Assembly (NCBI GenBank): GCA_025358115.1
Contig: JANYKQ010000064.1
Coordinates: forward strand, 12 to 64,011
Direction: 5' to 3'
Length of the DNA stretch: 64,000 bases
From: Methanomicrobiales archaeon
GTDB lineage: Archaea; Halobacteriota; Methanomicrobia; Methanomicrobiales; Methanospirillaceae
Shown: one piece after another, positions 59,088-64,000 of the stretch
How the letters are laid out: each line of letters opens with the position of its first letter
Position numbering within the stretch: position 1 is the first letter of the stretch
The notes under the pieces: generated by a model
The model's database searches: none
Told to the model about the DNA's origin: nothing
Seen by the model: only the letters and a program-made list of their open reading frames with translations
Made by a program: the position numbers and the translations under genes

Positions 59088-59525
59088 TCAGAGCTGCCAT
59101 CTGCCGCTCTGGTTGATCTTTCCCAGACCACGGCACCGGTTGAAGTATGTCTCACCCCAGACCCATGGCTGGTAGGTGCAGCACATATCTGGCTTCACAA
59201 GATGAATCCCGCAGAGATATCGCTCTTTGGTTACGCGGCGCAGGAACGGGCAGACCGTGACATAGTCACCGGTATCTGGATTTCGCATCTCGACAGAGAC
59301 GACATTCCCGAGGTCTTCAGCGGACAGGCCGGCACAATTCACCGGCGGACTTTTCTCCATGAATGCCACAAACCAGCGCAGGATATCGTGTCGCTCCTGT
59401 TCGATCCAGACATATACATTGGGTACGGTCGGTGCAATACCGGGGCCAAAAATCCGGCAGCACAATCCGCACTGCTCACAGGGTTCGTCTTCCACAACCA
59501 CGTCATCCATCGTAAATCCCACCAC
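59088..59525 (-). CDS. YkgJ-family cysteine-cluster (CxxCxxCC) protein
   Basis: CEQCGLCC...CPFL...CGIH..KPDMC..Y. Confidence 0.88.
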   Translation of the reverse strand: MVGFTMDDVVVEDEPCEQCGLCCRIFGPGIAPTVPNVYVWIEQERHDILRWFVAFMEKSPPVNCAGLSAEDLGNVVSVEMRNPDTGDYVTVCPFLRRVTKERYLCGIHLVKPDMCCTYQPWVWGETYFNRCRGLGKINQSGRWQL

Positions 59526-59840
59526 TATTCATCCGCATCGGGATAATTTTGTCGATCTTACGTTTAAAAAAAAAAGGTTTTGTGGATCATTGCTCATGAC
59601 GGAAACCAGAAAGGACGGTCTTTCCGGGGACACGTACCCTTTTTTCCCTCAAAAAAATACTGAATTGGCTTCCCGCCATTATCTGATCACACAGAATGGA
59701 GGTAAAAAAAGATAGCGCGATGCCGGACCAGTTCTTTAGTCCGGCGGATTTTTTCCCGGAACCGATTGATTCTTTTGGCCAGTTCTTCATCGCGATTTTT
59801 TTTAGGGATCAGGGTTCCTCAATTTCTCAAGTCAGGCCAG

Positions 59841-60902
59841 TTACTTCCCCGGCATTGCGGGAACAAGCCAGTCGCTGTTGAAGACCGATTCAAGCCGGTC
59901 AAGGATCGGTTTCTCCACAACCAGGATTCCCAGCTCGCGGTTCTGGTCGAGCGAGACTTTGCCGAGATTCTCCGATCCAAGGTAAGCAACCTGTTCCGGG
60001 GTCTGGTAATCGGCAAGAACCATCTTTGCATGGATGTAGAGCGATGTGATCACTTTTGCCTGTGCACCGGCAGCGTTTAAGGACTTGAGCGCCGGGGCGT
60101 TCTTGTTCTCGGCACCATCGAGATCGGCTGCTATCACCCGCACAACAACACCTCGTTTCGCCGCCGCAACCAGGGCATCGATACACTGCTGGTCGTTGAT
60201 CTCCTCGTTATAGACATCGAGTGTCTTTGTGGCATGGTTGATCACGCCAAGAATTTTTTCACGGGAATTGACCGGGCTCCAGACAAGCGACGGATAGATG
60301 GGAGTGATGTTCTGGTAATTCCAGTCTGCGTCAAACACTCTCGTAATCTCCTGGATCTCTGACTGGTTGGTGGTGAGGATGCCAAAGTCCCGGGTCGTGC
60401 TGAAGTAGCTGGGCTCCAGGTTGAAGGTCATAATGAGCGACCGGGACCCGTCTGCGGTGAGGGTCTTCTGGTGGGTGACGGTGAAGACCGGAGATGCAGG
60501 CTCTGTTTTTATGCCGGCCTTCGACAGATTCGCAACAGTACCGGCATTCGGGTTCGCTTCGTTCATGGATGCAAACGATGCATTGTTGTACAGCACCCGG
60601 ACTTCAACACCCCTTGACCTGGCTGCAACAAGAGCAGCGGCAATGTCGGGATCGGTGATCTCGTAGATGGTGAGCGTGATAGTCTTCTGTGCTCCGTTGA
60701 TCGTGGAGAGGACCATCGCCTTTCCGTCATCGGGTTCGACAATAAGGGTATGGACAGCCGGGGTACCGGATTCCCCGGTAAGCGTTGTAGTGACCGGGAC
60801 CTGGCCAGGAGTAGCCGGTGCCGTTTCCGCTTGCGGGCCAACACATCCGGCAACAAGGAGAGTAAGGATCAGTATAATGAGAATGAACGGGAGACTTCGC
60901 AT
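59841..60902 (-). CDS. Phospholipase D-superfamily lipoprotein (two HKD motifs)
   Basis: VAGC lipobox; HQKTLTAD and HAKMVLAD...GSEN. Confidence 0.88.
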   Translation of the reverse strand: MRSLPFILIILILTLLVAGCVGPQAETAPATPGQVPVTTTLTGESGTPAVHTLIVEPDDGKAMVLSTINGAQKTITLTIYEITDPDIAAALVAARSRGVEVRVLYNNASFASMNEANPNAGTVANLSKAGIKTEPASPVFTVTHQKTLTADGSRSLIMTFNLEPSYFSTTRDFGILTTNQSEIQEITRVFDADWNYQNITPIYPSLVWSPVNSREKILGVINHATKTLDVYNEEINDQQCIDALVAAAKRGVVVRVIAADLDGAENKNAPALKSLNAAGAQAKVITSLYIHAKMVLADYQTPEQVAYLGSENLGKVSLDQNRELGILVVEKPILDRLESVFNSDWLVPAMPGK

Positions 60903-61122
60903 AGGTGTGTATTTCAACGCGGTATTGAAAAAAGTTTGTTTTCTCTGACACTCCTGCCGGAAAATCCGGACGAAAACGCAAATACCGTTCACCTGGATTT
61001 TACCTTGGCAACCGGCCGTTTTATTGCGTTACCATAAATAACGGCCGGGTCTTGTGCAAATAAAAGCGCCGGGATTTTTCTTTATTCGGGGATTTTTTGG
61101 ATTTTTAAAAAAAGTGAATCTG

Positions 61123-62655
61123 TTAACCTGACATCACGGAGGGAGTGATATTGATATCAAGGAACCGGCCTTTTTCCCGGGTGTAGTTCGGCCAGGTGAG
61201 ATTCATCCCGCCGTTCGGGTTACCCGTCTTTGCAAACCGGGTCCAGAGGTCAACAACATTCGAAGCTACTGCCGGGTCCGCGGGAACCGGCACACCAAAC
61301 AACAGGAGGGTCTCGCTGCCATGGAAAGCCCCGTTGGACTGCCCGGGCAGGATATAGCTGTACCGGTACACATAGGTGTCCGGGCTGATGTCTCCCATGG
61401 AACCCGCTGCAAACCTTACCGAGTCGGAAAAGTCGTAGTCTGTCATGATCTGTGCCAGCTGGAGCTGGACTTCGGTAGTCGAGTTGGCGGGATACTTTGC
61501 AAGGACCTTACCGGTATCATTCCCGAACCTGCCCCTGATGAAACTCACGTACTCCGGAACGGTCATTTTGGCGTTGGCAGAGAGCGAGGTCCCGTCATTG
61601 GCATTGTTGCCGATCATAAAGGGGACCGGGTTCTCCTTGTGGGAAAGGTACAGGTTGTCCATGGTGTCGGGGAGGATCCACCCGTCCACCGCTGGTTCGA
61701 ACTTGACGGTGTGGGTTGTCCAGAACCCGGGTGATGATGATGATGGTGTTGCATTGATCAGGGCTTCGGGACTTAACCCTCGCATCCGGGCGATCGCATC
61801 CGGGCCGGAGTACCCGAGGCCGGCAGCATACTCCATGCCGAACTGTTCGGCAAAAGCTTTCGGGTGTGTGGCGTTGATCGTTGCCCCGTACGCCCAGAAG
61901 GGGCCGCTCTCGGCTATTGCCTGCGAAAAGAGCCCTTTGCTCGTCGGGCTGGCAACATGCACGAGAACACTCTCGGCACCTGCCGACTGCCCGAAGATGG
62001 TCACCCGGGACGGGTCGCCACCGAACTTGTCAATATTCCGCTGGACCCATCGCAGGGCAGCCTGCTGGTCCATGATCCCGTAATTCCCCGAGGCGTTATG
62101 GGGGGACTCGGCATCGAGCTGGGGATGGGCGAGGAACCCAAGGGCCCCGAGCCGGTAATTCGGCGTAACGACAATGACTCCTTTCTGTGCGAGAGTTGTC
62201 CCGTTATAGAGCGGCATGGATCCGGCAACACTGGTAAATCCCCCGCCATAGAAAAATACCATGACCGGCAGTTTTTCGTCCGCACTCTGTGCCGGGGTCC
62301 AGACATTGAGGTACAGGCAGTCCTCGCTCATGTTCAAAGGAGCAGGGGATCCCGACTGGGGGCAGGTTGCTGAATACGCCTTTGCCTCCTTTACGCCTTC
62401 CCAGGGTTTGACCGGCGCCGGAGGCCTCCAGCGCAGGTCCCCGGTCGGGGGAGCGGCGAACGGGATCCCATGGAAGACCCGCAGCCCGCCCTGCTGTAAT
62501 CCCGAAATCGAGCCGGTATCTGTCTTCACAACCATGGCATCGCTTTTCAGAATACCGGAATCCGGTGTTTTCTGGGTACATCCCGCCATGAAAGAAAACC
62601 CGGCGAGGATTAAGCAGCATACCAGAACATAACCTGTTACTTTACACAATTTCAT
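61123..62655 (-). CDS. Type-B carboxylesterase, lipoprotein
   Basis: MAGC lipobox; GIPFA.PP.G.LRW, SEDCLYLNVW, GGG, FGQSAG, FHGSE. Confidence 0.93.
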   Translation of the reverse strand: MKLCKVTGYVLVCCLILAGFSFMAGCTQKTPDSGILKSDAMVVKTDTGSISGLQQGGLRVFHGIPFAAPPTGDLRWRPPAPVKPWEGVKEAKAYSATCPQSGSPAPLNMSEDCLYLNVWTPAQSADEKLPVMVFFYGGGFTSVAGSMPLYNGTTLAQKGVIVVTPNYRLGALGFLAHPQLDAESPHNASGNYGIMDQQAALRWVQRNIDKFGGDPSRVTIFGQSAGAESVLVHVASPTSKGLFSQAIAESGPFWAYGATINATHPKAFAEQFGMEYAAGLGYSGPDAIARMRGLSPEALINATPSSSSPGFWTTHTVKFEPAVDGWILPDTMDNLYLSHKENPVPFMIGNNANDGTSLSANAKMTVPEYVSFIRGRFGNDTGKVLAKYPANSTTEVQLQLAQIMTDYDFSDSVRFAAGSMGDISPDTYVYRYSYILPGQSNGAFHGSETLLLFGVPVPADPAVASNVVDLWTRFAKTGNPNGGMNLTWPNYTREKGRFLDINITPSVMSG

Positions 62656-62998
62656 ATGATGACACCATCGGTCCATTCTGACAAAAATCCGGCTCCAAAG
62701 AAAGGGATGATCCTTAAAGAACCCGGTCTGTCCAGTATCCTCCGGAATGAACCAGAGAATTTTATTGATTATACCACTGGAATGCTTTAATGTTATGTAT
62801 CTACAGTTTTTAAAAAAAAACCGGGTCTCCCTTCACCAGGGGGTTGGATTTAAAAAAAATCCTCAATACAATTCTTGCTCTCATACCTGTCGAATACCAG
62901 ACCAGGATCCATTGCCGGCAGGAGATTCTTAAAAATCCTGGGTATTACCTGCCCGGGTCTTGACGGTCCTTGGAACTTTTTGAATAAAAAAATGTGGG

Positions 62999-64000
62999 CT
63001 AATTATTGCTCTTCACGCCCGGGACTGCCCCGATATCGAGATAGTGTCCACCCTCCCGGGTGTACCGCGGCCAGGTTACATTCATACCACCATTCGGATC
63101 TCCCGTTTTTGCAAACCGGGTCCAGAGATCGATCAGGTTCTCCGAGACAACATCATTCACCGGGTCCGGCAGAATCGGGACTCTGAACAGGAGTATGGTC
63201 TCGCTGCCATGGAACGCCCCATAGGGCTGCCCGGGGATGACATACGAATACTGGTACCGGTACGCACTCTGGTTGAGATCCGCCATCGAACCGGCTACAA
63301 ACTTCACCGCGTCAGTGAAGTCATAGTCGGTCATTATCTTCTCGAGCTGGATCTGAACCTCCGCAGTTGAATTTGCCGGGTATTTCCGGAGGACCTCATC
63401 TGAACTCTTCCCGAACCGGGTCTTGATGAAAGTCCGGTACTCCGGAACCGTCATGTTTGCATCCGCGGCAAGTGTGGTCCCGTCACCGGCATTGTTCCCG
63501 ATCATCAGGGGCACCGGGTTCTGCCGGTGGAGACGGAACAGGGTGTCCGGGGAATCAGGAATGAGCCAGCCGTCAATCGTGGGCTCGAAATGCCGGGAGT
63601 TCACCATCTGGAACGGAGCGGCAGGCCAGGGCGTTGCATTGGCAATTGCCGAAGAACTCAGTTTTCGCATCTGTGCAATCGCGTCAGGGCCGGAATACCC
63701 GAGGCCCTGTGCGAATGTTTCCCCAAGCTGTTCCGCATCGGCTCGGGAATTGAGGGCATCGATCTCCGCACCGTTTGTCCAGAACGTACCGCTCTCGACA
63801 ATCGCCTGCCGGTAGAGCCCTCTGGTCTGCGGGCTGACCATGTGGATGAGGATACTCTCCCCCCCAGCCGACTGCCCGAAGATGGTCACCCGGGACGGGT
63901 CGCCACCGAACTGCCCGATGTTCCGCTGGACCCACTGCATGGCGGCGATCTGGTCGAGGAGCCCGTAATTGCCCGAGACATTCTGCGGGGACTCGTTATC
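62999..64000 (-). CDS. Type-B carboxylesterase paralog, 5' part beyond the window end
   Basis: FGGDPSRVTIFGQSAG, FHGSE; frame stays open to the window edge (GNYGLLDQIAAM). Confidence 0.9.
   Translation of the reverse strand, partial: DNESPQNVSGNYGLLDQIAAMQWVQRNIGQFGGDPSRVTIFGQSAGGESILIHMVSPQTRGLYRQAIVESGTFWTNGAEIDALNSRADAEQLGETFAQGLGYSGPDAIAQMRKLSSSAIANATPWPAAPFQMVNSRHFEPTIDGWLIPDSPDTLFRLHRQNPVPLMIGNNAGDGTTLAADANMTVPEYRTFIKTRFGKSSDEVLRKYPANSTAEVQIQLEKIMTDYDFTDAVKFVAGSMADLNQSAYRYQYSYVIPGQPYGAFHGSETILLFRVPILPDPVNDVVSENLIDLWTRFAKTGDPNGGMNVTWPRYTREGGHYLDIGAVPGVKSNN

Overview
Archaeal chromosomal window. Gene content (TBP, MCM, two RFC small subunits, Lhr, NMD3, MptD, Pok/Pps/CoaBC, AglJ, archaeal pilin, DUF3821/PEGA surface proteins) fits a Methanomicrobiales methanogen, Methanoregula-like; this assignment is inferred, not searched. 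It opens with a partial tRNA-Leu(CAG) and a 5'-only tRNA-Leu-like copy, then two acyl-CoA synthetases, one fused to a ribbon-helix-helix DNA-binding domain. An accessory zone at about 9.0-13.7 kb holds an AT-rich unknown two-gene operon, a frameshifted VapBC flanked by degenerate direct repeats, and a 1.6-kb non-coding region rich in inverted repeats. A housekeeping block runs from 15.5 to 38 kb, followed by a signalling and secreted-protein zone. The best candidate for an undescribed system is a partner-switching cluster at 46.5-50.7 kb in an organism lacking sigma factors: a STAS protein, an RsbW-like kinase, an MBL hydrolase with a degenerate GHKL tail, and a STAS fused to an acetolactate-decarboxylase-like domain. 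No CRISPR array, rRNA, integrase or transposase was seen. All family calls come from motif recognition by eye.
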